Shown here in pieces: positions 44,265 to 53,699 of a stretch of 64,000 bases of DNA. Below the pieces are notes generated by a model. That model worked only from the letters and a program-made list of their open reading frames with translations, searched no databases and was not told the DNA's origin. The translations under genes were made by a program, and so were the position numbers. Source of the DNA: a virus; the IMG/VR virus record IMGVR_UViG_3300045988_160012; one strand, 5' to 3'. The stretch's first letter is position 1; every line of letters starts with the position of its first letter.

Positions 44265-45020
44265 TTATTCCTCGCAACAATGTTCACAATCGCCCTGACA
44301 ACACTCTCCACAACATTCCTCAGAACAACACTCTTCAGAGCCAACCATAACCGCATTTGCTAATACTTCCTGTAAGAAATATGCTTCCAGTTCAAAGATT
44401 TTTTCCTTAATCTTTCTCTTACAAATCTCGACCCCAATATCCTGACTGTAATTATCAGGAGATACTGATGCTGAAGATTCAGTAATAACAAATCCATTAG
44501 GCAGCTTGCAAGCAACTACTGTACATTTGCCAAATACTGTAGAAATATTAAACTCTGAAGCTTCCATGATTTCATTAACAGCTTCCTCAGAAACACTTAA
44601 CATACCTTCGTCAATTCCAACCGCTACTTCGGTTACTTCTGCAAAGCACTCATGAAGAATCTCTTCTGATATATAAAATGTTCTGTCTGTTACCTCTGAT
44701 ATGATTGTTGCAACTCCAAGTGAAATACCGTCAAGTTTAAAAATCTCACCAAGATTTAATCCCTCAAGACCTTCTCTCTCTTTAATCAGAACATATTTAC
44801 CATCTGAGTTTTTACTATAGTGTATAACCTTATCAGTTATAACCTTCTCAAAATATTTATCAGCTTCATCAGCCGACATTGTTCCCATATGGCAACCACC
44901 AAATCTAAAAGAGATTTCGCCATCTGGTTTTACCTCTGTAACTTCGCACTCCTCACCAATATTAGTGAAAGCTCCCATTGCCTTGATTAATCTGATTTTC
45001 TCTCCTACCTTAACTTGCAT
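44265..45020 (-). CDS. hypothetical protein with Cys/Glu-rich C-terminal tail (ECCSEECCGECCQGDCEHCCEE)
   Basis: ORF; unusual C-terminus. Confidence 0.3.
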   Translation of the reverse strand: MQVKVGEKIRLIKAMGAFTNIGEECEVTEVKPDGEISFRFGGCHMGTMSADEADKYFEKVITDKVIHYSKNSDGKYVLIKEREGLEGLNLGEIFKLDGISLGVATIISEVTDRTFYISEEILHECFAEVTEVAVGIDEGMLSVSEEAVNEIMEASEFNISTVFGKCTVVACKLPNGFVITESSASVSPDNYSQDIGVEICKRKIKEKIFELEAYFLQEVLANAVMVGSEECCSEECCGECCQGDCEHCCEE

Positions 45021-46164
45021 CCTTTAGTTCCTCTCTTTCTTCATATTTTTTAGAATACCAAGTATTCCACTTGTCAATAACCTCTTGCTGCTCATCAGAT
45101 ACAGGGTCATTGAATTTTTGTCTTGCCTGAACAATCTTACCTTTTCTTACCTCAATGGTAACAAGTGATTTATCAGGTGAATCTTTATATCTCAGGAAAA
45201 GTATATGACAATTTCCTTCAATAACATTTTTGATATATGAAGCTACACAATTGTTCTGACTTACCGCTTCATCTTTTATGGCTTCTGTTGATTCAGGATA
45301 AATAAAAGTATAATCTCCAAAAGTCTTTTCCATTCCTTTGTTTATTCTTGCTTTAAATTTATCCTCCTCAAACTGTTGAGACAACCTTGAATAGTTTCTA
45401 CTTGCAATCTTATGAGTTGTAAGAAAATGCCTTGGATATTTGTCAAACTTATTACTAATTTGTCTCATCATATTGGCATAGTCATAAACTTCTTCAACTG
45501 CAAAACCAGTATCTTCTATTGCTTCAAAAGTCTTTAGATAATCCAGATAATTGAATAATCCTTTAGCAGTATAACCATACTCATTCAACAAGGTATTTAA
45601 TATACCTATTTCTTTCCAATTATATTGCCATCTATTCTCTCCATAATATTCTTTTACACTTTTTAATTTGGTAAGGATACGGTGTATATCTTTATCATCT
45701 AATGATATAAACTCCATTTGATACGGAAGATTATAAGCATTTGGATTTTCTTTATAAAATAAAACCAGTTCGTCACTCAATGTTATTTTATGGTCTTTGC
45801 AGATTTTAATTAAACCTTTTGGTATTTCTTTGATTGTTCCTGAAAAGCTACCACATATATCTTCAAATCCAGCAGAAAAAATTTGCTCATATCGTTGATA
45901 ATATGGAATTTTTGAAAGAATTGTACCAATATTATATATTGGATAATCCCATTTTCTTTGCACAAATTCAAGGAATTTTGCATACTGCTTATCCTCACAA
46001 GCTTCAATCAATTCATTCATTGAAATACCACTTAACTGTGAACATAAATTTTTTACTATTTTTCCTTTCTTTCCGATACAGGTTTTAGTAGCAAAATCAT
46101 ATTTTACAGTTTTACCATCCTGAAAATCGAATATGAGGAACTGCTTTTCTTTGTAAACTAACAT
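45010..46164 (-). CDS. hypothetical protein (possibly PcfJ-like)
   Basis: ORF; weak resemblance only. Confidence 0.25.
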   Translation of the reverse strand: MLVYKEKQFLIFDFQDGKTVKYDFATKTCIGKKGKIVKNLCSQLSGISMNELIEACEDKQYAKFLEFVQRKWDYPIYNIGTILSKIPYYQRYEQIFSAGFEDICGSFSGTIKEIPKGLIKICKDHKITLSDELVLFYKENPNAYNLPYQMEFISLDDKDIHRILTKLKSVKEYYGENRWQYNWKEIGILNTLLNEYGYTAKGLFNYLDYLKTFEAIEDTGFAVEEVYDYANMMRQISNKFDKYPRHFLTTHKIASRNYSRLSQQFEEDKFKARINKGMEKTFGDYTFIYPESTEAIKDEAVSQNNCVASYIKNVIEGNCHILFLRYKDSPDKSLVTIEVRKGKIVQARQKFNDPVSDEQQEVIDKWNTWYSKKYEEREELKDAS

Positions 46165-46175
46165 AAGCAGTTACC

Positions 46176-46193
46176 TCTCTCTCTCTCTCTCTG
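46176..46193. repeat. (TC)9 / (GA)9 dinucleotide microsatellite in the 5' leader of the gene at 45010..46164
   Basis: cctctctctctctctctctctgg read directly; lies 12 nt upstream of the ATG. Confidence 0.9.
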
Positions 46194-46230
46194 GAGAATT
46201 TCATCAATCTAAAAATCATATTCTCACCTC

Positions 46231-46473
46231 CTAGAACATTGCTGCAATATCCACACCTGTTAATACACAAAGGCAATAAACAATGCCAAGCATTGAAAGC
46301 ACACTCAAATATACCCCAAATTTTGTCAGTGCTTTAGTCTTACTAAGTAAAATAATCAATGTGTACATGAAAACTGCCAAAGAATAAAACAACAACCAAC
46401 CAACTCTAATCTTCTGAAAAATTGTTAATAAAAACAATACAATATGCAATACTGCTATTCCAAATCCCAACAT
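46231..46473 (-). CDS. small membrane protein (2-3 TM; holin-like topology)
   Basis: Hydrophobic 80-aa ORF. Confidence 0.3.
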   Translation of the reverse strand: MLGFGIAVLHIVLFLLTIFQKIRVGWLLFYSLAVFMYTLIILLSKTKALTKFGVYLSVLSMLGIVYCLCVLTGVDIAAMF

Positions 46474-46482
46474 AACTCCTCC

Positions 46483-47121
46483 TTATTCAACTTTTAAATC
46501 TTCATATCTTTTGTATAAGTGATTCTCGGCATAATACAAATTGTAATCACATTGTTCAATATACCACCAATCTTTTTTATGACCAGCTTTTAATTCGTCA
46601 TGTAAATGAGAAGATGTATTATAGTTGGAATCTACCATTTGACGAAAACTAAGTTCATCAATTTCGTTGCTGTTTTTTACAAATTCAGCAATCTCCAAGA
46701 TGTCTTGCATAGTCATATCATCTGTAACAACATAAACGACTCTAACAATTTCATTTTCCTGTCTGAAAATTTTTGATAATTGTTCTTTATTCCTTAAATG
46801 GTAAACAACCCTTCTGCACATTTTCATTGGAAAATTACTGTCAATATAGCTGGTGTGCATTTCTAAAGGAATACCCATCTCTTCAAGAATATCAAACAAC
46901 TTTTCATACCAATCTGTATGCTTTTCATATTCGTGCAATGGGTCACCACCACCAGATACAGATACAATATTGCAGCTATTCCCAATTAACATTTGTTTCA
47001 GATTATTTAATCCTGTTATTGTCGTTTTGGGAACTTTGATATTATTGTTTTTTACAATGCAATATGGACAACTATAGTGACATCCAAAATTTGTGATAAT
47101 ACTCAAATATTTTTCAATCAT
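46483..47121 (-). CDS. radical SAM protein, QueE-like (7-carboxy-7-deazaguanine synthase-like)
   Basis: GCHYSCPYC (cf. QueE CxYSCxWC) and SVSGGGDPL (cf. ISGGNPAL); RBS AAAGGAG. Confidence 0.5.
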   Translation of the reverse strand: MIEKYLSIITNFGCHYSCPYCIVKNNNIKVPKTTITGLNNLKQMLIGNSCNIVSVSGGGDPLHEYEKHTDWYEKLFDILEEMGIPLEMHTSYIDSNFPMKMCRRVVYHLRNKEQLSKIFRQENEIVRVVYVVTDDMTMQDILEIAEFVKNSNEIDELSFRQMVDSNYNTSSHLHDELKAGHKKDWWYIEQCDYNLYYAENHLYKRYEDLKVE

Positions 47122-47144
47122 ATTACTCCTTTCAGTATATAACC

Positions 47145-47816
47145 TTAATTGTTATCACTTTCATCATCATCTTCGACTTCTTCCATCTCCATAACAACAT
47201 CACAGTTGCCACATTTAATAGCAATATCTTTCTTTCCTTTTGCAATTTGCTTACATTCAGGACAAGTATATTTGAATAAAGTTTTCTTTCGCTTAATTTT
47301 AGGCTTAACAGTAATTCCAGCTCTAAAATATTCAAATGCATTTTCGTCTGGTTTAATGTTGGTCTGAATATATTCTTTTAACTCATCTGACAAAGAGGTA
47401 TATCCCCAACCAACACTCTTTCCTTTTTCTACAACAAATCCTACCGCTTCAGCAAGGGTCTTGAATTTTTTGTTGTGGACATTTCCGCTGCAATCTTTAA
47501 TTTCATTTACTTTATTACAATAATGAACCATTTCATGTAACAAAGTTTCTACAATTTCTTCTGCTGAACGATTGCCAAACCAACGTGGGTCAATATTGAT
47601 TTCATAATATGCTTCAGGTTCTTCTGTCGTACTCTCATTTGTTTCCAGAACTTTTTTATCTTTCCATACTTTATCTACAGTAAAGTGTCCAAGCGTTGTT
47701 CCCTTGGTTTTCTGGATGGTAATAACTGGTTCTGGAAGGTTTTCATCGAACTTATCTTTATTTAAAATATTGAAAATTCGATACAACTCATCTAATGCAA
47801 TACCGATTACATTCAT
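47145..47816 (-). CDS. SprT-like zinc metallopeptidase with C-terminal zinc ribbon
   Basis: LLHEMVHY (HExxH) and CPECK...CGNCD. Confidence 0.6.
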   Translation of the reverse strand: MNVIGIALDELYRIFNILNKDKFDENLPEPVITIQKTKGTTLGHFTVDKVWKDKKVLETNESTTEEPEAYYEINIDPRWFGNRSAEEIVETLLHEMVHYCNKVNEIKDCSGNVHNKKFKTLAEAVGFVVEKGKSVGWGYTSLSDELKEYIQTNIKPDENAFEYFRAGITVKPKIKRKKTLFKYTCPECKQIAKGKKDIAIKCGNCDVVMEMEEVEDDDESDNN

Positions 47817-48013
47817 TTATCAGTTTCCTCCGTTTTCTTTAATATCAAATCAGGTTCTTTATCTTTCAGACGAGTTATAACAGCTCTTACTCCTTCAAGA
47901 TATAGTGGATTAGCGTTTATTGAATTAGCTTCTGTCTCAAACTCAACCAATTCAGCAATCATATTTTCTTTATGAAAATATTCTCCTGATTTATTTACTT
48001 TTAAATCGTTCAA
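47813..48013 (-). CDS. hypothetical small protein
   Basis: ORF. Confidence 0.25.
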   Translation of the reverse strand: MNDLKVNKSGEYFHKENMIAELVEFETEANSINANPLYLEGVRAVITRLKDKEPDLILKKTEETDK

Positions 48014-48108
48014 GGTGTCCTCCTTTCGATATGATGTATAACCTTAATTGTTACTATACATAAGATACCACACATCTATGTTGTTGTCAAGTAGTTATTT
48101 GATATAAA

Positions 48109-49022
48109 TTACATAGATTTAAGGTTTTTTAGAATCCATGCTATAACATCTACCGTCCAACCATTTCCACACAATTCCACTCTTTTTGAAGCAGATTTTA
48201 CACATTCAGTAAAACCATCTGGTAGTGTCTGCAATCTTTCAGCTTCAATAGGGTGTATTTTTCTAAATGAATATTCACCAAGATAAATATTATTTTTGTC
48301 ATTACCAGAAGAAGGCAGCGTATTCATCTTGATAGTATTATATCTGGCTCTATTTTGTTGTGAATAATTTCCTTTTCCGCTTGTATCCCAACTAACAATA
48401 GTGTTATTCCTATTGAATCTAATTGTATCTTTGTATTTCTCAAAGCTTTTAATATCATGTTTACATGAATACTCAATATCTTTAATAACTTTATCAGAAT
48501 GTGGATACTCTTTTGAAAATGGTATATTAGTCCAATACAACCTTTTTCGCATTTGAGCAGAAAACTCCATTGAATTTATTTCAACAGGTTCGACCTGTAA
48601 TCTTTTGGAAATTTCATTTTGAATATCTTTAGATATTGAAGAGTTGTTTTCATACAAAAAATACTTGCAATGACTTTCATTCAATGCCCTTACAAACTGC
48701 ATAAACAACTTGAATCCCATGCCATCACAAGTAACCTCTCTATCTGCTCCTCCTCTTGCAATACTCCAGTATGTACATGGACTTCCACCAATCAGCAAAT
48801 CAAATCCCTGATATTGCGTGAAATCACCTTCAAATACATCTCCTAAATATTCATCAGATGGATAATTATATTTCGCTACAGCATTGGCAGCTTCTTCTAT
48901 TTCATACGACACGTATCTCTCTACTGGAATACCAGCTCTTTCTAAAGCAACTCTTCCGCATGATATTCCGTTGAATAAACTTAATACTGTAATCCCTTTA
49001 TCTGGAATTACTCTTTTATGTT
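48109..49022 (-). CDS. dcm: C5-cytosine DNA methyltransferase lacking its start codon in the current orientation
   Basis: Motif IV GGSPCTYWS and ENN motif inside the annotated 48109..48912 ORF (GTG start). The frame stays open upstream to 49022, encoding motif I VLSLFNGISCGRVALERAGI, with no start codon before a TAG. Confidence 0.8.
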
Positions 49023-49145
49023 GGGTGGCTACCTTATTTTAAATACTTTGTAGTATTCATTTATTCAGCCACCCAACATTTTTACATTATTCTCAAACGA
49101 AAGGAGCTTATTTTTATGCTTTTTGAACCTCATAAAAGAGTAATT
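49006..49145. other. invertible DNA segment (15-bp perfect IRs aattactcttttatg / cataaaagagtaatt) carrying RBS+ATG+first codons (MLFEP-HKRVI) of the C5-MTase in reverse orientation; contains nested 11-bp IR gttgggtggct/agccacccaac
   Basis: Plus-strand AAAGGAG (49100) -N9- ATG (49116) CTT TTT GAA CCT CAT AAA AGA GTA ATT. Inverting 49021-49130 yields MLFEPHKRVIPDKGITVLSLFNGISCG... in frame on the minus strand. Confidence 0.65.
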
Positions 49146-49192
49146 TTATGTGTACTCAAAGTCCTTATTTTAAAGCTTTAAAAGGTATAACC

Positions 49193-49714
49193 TTAATAGT
49201 TTACATAGCAACTAAGTTTTTTTTGTACCTTTTTCTTTAATTGTCTTTCATATCGTTCTGACACATTCATCAGAACTGCAATTTCTCTACCTTTCAGTCC
49301 TTTTAAAAGATAATGAACTAATGTTTGTTCCTGTTCGTTTAAAACACTAAGAAGGTATTCGCAATGCATATTTCCTATCACATCATCAATGACAGATTTA
49401 GAGTCAGCAAATGTCTCAGCGAAACTTTCCTCTCCCTCACTATCTGTTGATGCATCGTAAGATAGTATGCTTTCCTCTGGAATACTCCTTTTTAAACTAA
49501 TAGCTCTCCAATAATCATTAATTACATTCTGCATACAGGAATACGCATATGTTGAAAATGTATTCTCATTCTCTGAAGAATAAGAAGTTGCTGCATTACA
49601 TAACCCTATCGCAAGTAATCCATAATAATCTTCAACTACTAAATTTCTCTTTTTTGCAAAATCATAAATAAGATTATGATTTTCCTCTGCTAATTTTTGC
49701 TCTTTTTCTGTCAT
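49193..49714 (-). CDS. sigma-70 family sigma factor (small, ECF/phage-late-like)
   Basis: Region 2-like N-terminal segment. Region 4 HTH LLKGLKGREIAVLMNVSERYERQLKKKV. Confidence 0.65.
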   Translation of the reverse strand: MTEKEQKLAEENHNLIYDFAKKRNLVVEDYYGLLAIGLCNAATSYSSENENTFSTYAYSCMQNVINDYWRAISLKRSIPEESILSYDASTDSEGEESFAETFADSKSVIDDVIGNMHCEYLLSVLNEQEQTLVHYLLKGLKGREIAVLMNVSERYERQLKKKVQKKLSCYVNY

Positions 49715-49733
49715 TGATATTCTACCTTTCTTG

Positions 49734-50015
49734 CTATTTTATTGTATACACCGCAACATTCCTTAAACTGATTTCATCAAATCGCTTTCCGATAATAACA
49801 ACTCTTCCATCGTCAACCAGTTCTGTCAATCGAGGTGCTGTAGCTTGTCTTTCGTTGCTTCTTAACAAGCCTTGATTATAAAGAATAACCGCTACTTCTC
49901 TTGCTGTCAGCCCATTTTCTTTATTATCATGTAAAGTTGACAGAATTAAATTATACAATCCATTTCTATCCAATTTTTCAAGACTTTCAAATCTTGTATC
50001 AGTTGTAATTGACAA
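49734..50015 (-). CDS. small winged-helix DNA-binding protein
   Basis: LTAREVAVILY...RLTELVDDGRV pattern. Confidence 0.35.
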   Translation of the reverse strand: MSITTDTRFESLEKLDRNGLYNLILSTLHDNKENGLTAREVAVILYNQGLLRSNERQATAPRLTELVDDGRVVIIGKRFDEISLRNVAVYTIK

Positions 50016-50027
50016 CTTTATACCTCC

Positions 50028-50786
50028 TTAAATTGCAACAGGTAAATCATTCGGTGTATAGACTGGCATTGGTTTCAGCTTAAAAATATTCTTCTTATGC
50101 ATAGAGTCAATCTTATGTTTGATATTTTCATCTTCACATTCACCTGTTCTGATATATCTGTTAAGTGTTGCATATGAAAATCCCAGATTATCTTCATCTG
50201 TAAGTCCACACAAACCATCAATCGGAACTTTTCTTGTCAACTCTTTAGGTAATCCAAGATACTCTCCAATAGCAATTACTTCATCGGTTGTAAGCAGAGA
50301 TAACGGACTAAAATCACCAGCTCCATCACCGTAACGTGTAGCGTATCCCACCCAATCTTCACTAAGATTACAAGTATTTGCCACTCTGCCATTTAAAGTC
50401 TGTGCAATAGCATATAATGTAGCCATTCTAATTCTTGCTGGAAGATTGGTACTTGTCTGCATACTCCAATGGTCGCACAACTGAGGTTTGATTTCATGTT
50501 TCAATGATTTAATTGCTCCATGAATGTCTACCGTATAGTTTTCAATACCAAGATGGTCAACAAGTTTGTATGCCATATCAATATCTGACTGTTCACCATT
50601 TGGCATAAGAACACCAATCACTCTATCTTTTCCCAGAGCTGCTACACATAATGCAGCAACTACGCTTGAATCTTTGCCACCTGAAATACCTACTACAGCA
50701 TCACAACCATTTCCATTAAGTGAAAACCAGTCCTGAATCCATGCGATAATTTCTTTTGTTGTCTTTTCTACATTAAACTTATACAT
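50028..50786 (-). CDS. nadE: NH3-dependent NAD+ synthetase
   Basis: PP-loop VVGISGGKDSSVVAAL and NadE-like length and pattern. Confidence 0.8.
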   Translation of the reverse strand: MYKFNVEKTTKEIIAWIQDWFSLNGNGCDAVVGISGGKDSSVVAALCVAALGKDRVIGVLMPNGEQSDIDMAYKLVDHLGIENYTVDIHGAIKSLKHEIKPQLCDHWSMQTSTNLPARIRMATLYAIAQTLNGRVANTCNLSEDWVGYATRYGDGAGDFSPLSLLTTDEVIAIGEYLGLPKELTRKVPIDGLCGLTDEDNLGFSYATLNRYIRTGECEDENIKHKIDSMHKKNIFKLKPMPVYTPNDLPVAI

Positions 50787-50846
50787 TCTGTACTTTCCTT
50801 TCTATTCAATTTGAGGTGGACTTTCATCCACCTCACCAACAATTGC

Positions 50847-51374
50847 TTAACCTAAATCATATCTCCAAATTTCTACATCTACAGAAGATTTACCAAACAC
50901 ATCCTGAATAATTTTATACACATCATTCCAATCTGCACCACCTCTATAGCTTCCAATTCGATATGGCATAGCAACTGTCGCTCCAATCTTCTCAGCTTTC
51001 TCACGAACATCCAAGAAAGCCATTTTCATTGCAGTTAAATCAGTCTGCTGCTCATCCATACCAAAATTCTTCTGACCAAAAAGATTAACAATATACTGAT
51101 ACTTAGAATCATATGCTTCAACATTTTCATTCTTCATAGTATCAACCATTACCATAGCCCATGTATCAACTGGAACATACTGAACTGTTCCAAGCATTTC
51201 AATTTTATTTTTATTGCAATGCTTCACATATTTAACATATGCCTTTTCAACATGAGGGTATCTGTCAGCTACCTGTGCTGCTACACCGCTTCCCATAACA
51301 CCTAAACAATTTGTCTGGTGTACAATAAAATTTGCATCTGAATCAAAAAGATTTCCATTGATGTTCTTAATCAT
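50847..51374 (-). CDS. macrodomain protein (ADP-ribose binding/processing)
   Basis: MIKNINGNLFD...FIVHQTNCLGVMGSGVAAQV matches the macro-domain signature. The start is probably the internal Met at 51374, not the annotated 51431. Confidence 0.7.
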   Translation of the reverse strand: MIKNINGNLFDSDANFIVHQTNCLGVMGSGVAAQVADRYPHVEKAYVKYVKHCNKNKIEMLGTVQYVPVDTWAMVMVDTMKNENVEAYDSKYQYIVNLFGQKNFGMDEQQTDLTAMKMAFLDVREKAEKIGATVAMPYRIGSYRGGADWNDVYKIIQDVFGKSSVDVEIWRYDLG

Positions 51375-51387
51375 CTTTATCCCTTTC

Positions 51388-51638
51388 TTAGAATCCTTTA
51401 CTTTCTGCATGGATGCTATTTCTGATTTCATTTAATGTCTGGTTACGAACAACCTTACCATTAAGGAATACAGTCTCAAGCATATTAATATCAGACTCTT
51501 TCACATCATCTGTTACAACCTGACCCTTTTGGATTCCATCAATATATTTGATTTCTCCATCTTTGTTACGATATACTCTGACCATACCCTTCTGAGATTT
51601 CTTAACACCATCACCTGTTTTCGGGTCTTTTTGAACAA
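51388..51638 (-). pseudogene. nadV: 3' fragment (~83 codons) of the NAMPT/NadV-like gene, separated from its body by the IS insertion
   Basis: The frame is open from the IS boundary: VVQKDPKTGDGVKKSQKGMVRV...NMLETVFLNGKVVRNQTLNEIRNS. This matches the conserved NAMPT C-terminus (..VFKDP...KKG..L.HTVFKNGKV...DEIRKNA). Confidence 0.7.
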
Positions 51639-51920
51639 CCCCGCCCGACGGGTCGGACGAGGATTCCGTTGCAGCCGTCAGGATTTCTCACATTGGGATG
51701 CATTGGAACCGCGATTTAGTCCAGAGTTACGCTTTTCCTAACTTCGCCGACATCTTGCGGTGCTTTGTAAGTCAGGAACAGGATTGCCCTAGTGCCGTCC
51801 GTCCACCCCCACATTGTATCATACGATTGATACACATCCAGAAAGTGGTGACAAAAGGGCAAGATTTACAGTTACAATTCTATATTGTTTTCGGGTTACC
51901 TTGATTAAAAAGTTTATAGA
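51639..51920 (-). ncRNA. putative omegaRNA/reRNA scaffold of TnpB (3' end of tnpB through right-end hairpin)
   Basis: GC-rich, structure-rich non-coding stretch between the tnpB stop and the IS end. Its position matches the established location of TnpB guide RNAs. Confidence 0.35.
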
Positions 51921-53666
51921 TTACTCAAATACTGGCATATACCGTATTTTCATTTCAGCGGCTAAAGTTCTTAAACTTGGTCGCTTTCTTTCTTCTAGCA
52001 CCTCATACGGAATGCTTCGGTAGAAGAAATGTTTTCGAATACCTGAAAATGTATTTGTGATCCTTGCCCAGATATTCTTGTAGGTTTCTTGTGAAAACTC
52101 TGGTACAGTACCTTCTTTTGTTTTCAGAAGATTTAGCATCCGCGAGTCTGGTACCAGTTTCTCATACAAACCGAGACCTACCAGACCAATCGTATATGCC
52201 GCAGCTTGATGAATGGAAATTCCATACTTTCGCATGAACAGAAACTTTCCCATTTGACTGGTATAGGCCGGATCAATCTTGCAAAAGGCAATTTCTCGTT
52301 TTAAGCTCTGATTTTCGATGCTTGATGCAATCCTCTGATAAGCAAATAAGGTCATATGATGATTTCCTTTTCGATTTCCGTATTTTCTGGATGCCAGTTT
52401 GATCGTCAAATCAATGTCTTCCACAATGAGACGTTTATCCTTTTCTGCACACCAATCAAATATATCCTTCACTGCTGCTCCCAAAATATTTGTAACCTGA
52501 CCAGTAGATTTGTTCATAAGGTCAAATCGAATTAACTTCTGGTCAAGCAGTTTTCCGGTTTCATCCAGTTCTGCCAATGCAAAATGATCATAATTAATAT
52601 CCATAGAAATTGCACCATTTCCGTAATAACTGTTTTCATATGCTTTTAGCTTCATAGTAACGGAGATGATCAGATACTGCTTATTTTCCTTATCACGCTT
52701 CAAAATGAAATTGTAGCAAAGTGACTGTCGATCTTCTGGCTTGCAGGTAAAGTTTTTCTGAAAACTTTCTTCGTTTCTTGGAAGCTTAAAATCATGAAAG
52801 ATCGTAACAGAACCATCTATGCAGGTAACAGACAGATCTTTCCCATCATATTTACACAGGAAGTTTCCATACTTTGACGTATGTCTGCCCGGAAGTGACA
52901 TACTCTGGTGGCGCTTTTCAAAAAACTCTTGTCTCCATTTATTAGATGCCTTTTTCGAAGTTTTCTGGTCCTTATCATTTGATGAATCATCGGATTTTGT
53001 AACTTCAACTACATCTTTCTCAGAATACAACTTCTTTCCACCAAACACAATCCGCTCTGGTGGAAGTTTTTCAAGGTTCTCCAGTTTCTTCGCTTTGCGT
53101 TTTCTTGCTTCTGTTACCAAAGCCAAACGTGTCTTTAACTTACGAATATCAGCTTCAACCTTACGCTCATACTCATCCAGATTCACCATCATCTTATTAA
53201 ACAAAATGATCTTAAATCCTCTAACCTTCGACTGGCATTTCGGATATGGTTTAATCCATTTTTTTGTTTTTATATAGAGACGAATGGAGTTTTTAATTGC
53301 TCTCTTTTTATCCAACTCTTCTTTCACAGACTGAATCTTTTCATCACGATTCTTTAAATCTGCAGCGATTGTCGTTTTATAATACTTTTTTAGTTCCTTT
53401 TGTGAAGAAATCTGTCCAGAAGCTGCTGTATAGATTGCTGCATTATAATAATCATTGGTTTTGTATTTTTCTTTCAAAAAGACAGGATAGGCATGGTCAA
53501 GTAACGGCCCTGCATTTAAATATTTCTGATCATAGAGTGCATTGTACAGATCCATTTTGGCATCATTAAATACACGCATCGTCTCTAGAAGCGATGCGGC
53601 ATTTTCAATGGTTTTCTTATCTAAATAGTAACGCTTATCCGAATTGATTGTCCTTGATAGTTCCAT
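51921..53666 (-). CDS. tnpB: TnpB-like RuvC nuclease (OrfB_IS605 family), atypical long form
   Basis: RuvC-I ISMDINYDHFA, RuvC-II RLIVEDIDL, and the hallmark IDPAYTSQ. Probable ATG start at 53666 with RBS CCGAGGT (the track start at 53705 is a TTG). No CxxC...CxxC zinc finger after PAYTSQ. Confidence 0.6.
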   Translation of the reverse strand: MELSRTINSDKRYYLDKKTIENAASLLETMRVFNDAKMDLYNALYDQKYLNAGPLLDHAYPVFLKEKYKTNDYYNAAIYTAASGQISSQKELKKYYKTTIAADLKNRDEKIQSVKEELDKKRAIKNSIRLYIKTKKWIKPYPKCQSKVRGFKIILFNKMMVNLDEYERKVEADIRKLKTRLALVTEARKRKAKKLENLEKLPPERIVFGGKKLYSEKDVVEVTKSDDSSNDKDQKTSKKASNKWRQEFFEKRHQSMSLPGRHTSKYGNFLCKYDGKDLSVTCIDGSVTIFHDFKLPRNEESFQKNFTCKPEDRQSLCYNFILKRDKENKQYLIISVTMKLKAYENSYYGNGAISMDINYDHFALAELDETGKLLDQKLIRFDLMNKSTGQVTNILGAAVKDIFDWCAEKDKRLIVEDIDLTIKLASRKYGNRKGNHHMTLFAYQRIASSIENQSLKREIAFCKIDPAYTSQMGKFLFMRKYGISIHQAAAYTIGLVGLGLYEKLVPDSRMLNLLKTKEGTVPEFSQETYKNIWARITNTFSGIRKHFFYRSIPYEVLEERKRPSLRTLAAEMKIRYMPVFE

Positions 53667-53699
53667 GCAAATTACCTCGGTTGAAAAATAGGTTAACTG

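Noticed and set aside
49116-49181. Plus-strand 21-aa ORF (MLFEPHKRVILCVLKVLILKL) as an independent micro-protein
   Set aside because: Its first 10 codons plus its RBS exactly complete the methyltransferase N-terminus on inversion, and the remainder is read-through into the flank. It is better explained as the inverted 5' end of dcm.
51529-52023. Plus-strand ORFs 51529..51741, 51698..51904, 51814..52023 in the GC-rich IS end
   Set aside because: These are overlapping frames in a GC-rich, stop-poor, structured region that is better explained as the TnpB guide-RNA scaffold and IS end. They have no RBS.
52819-53569. Plus-strand ORFs 52819..53277 and 53297..53569 inside tnpB
   Set aside because: They are antisense to a well-supported RuvC-motif-containing ORF and lack an RBS. 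Most likely they are spurious.
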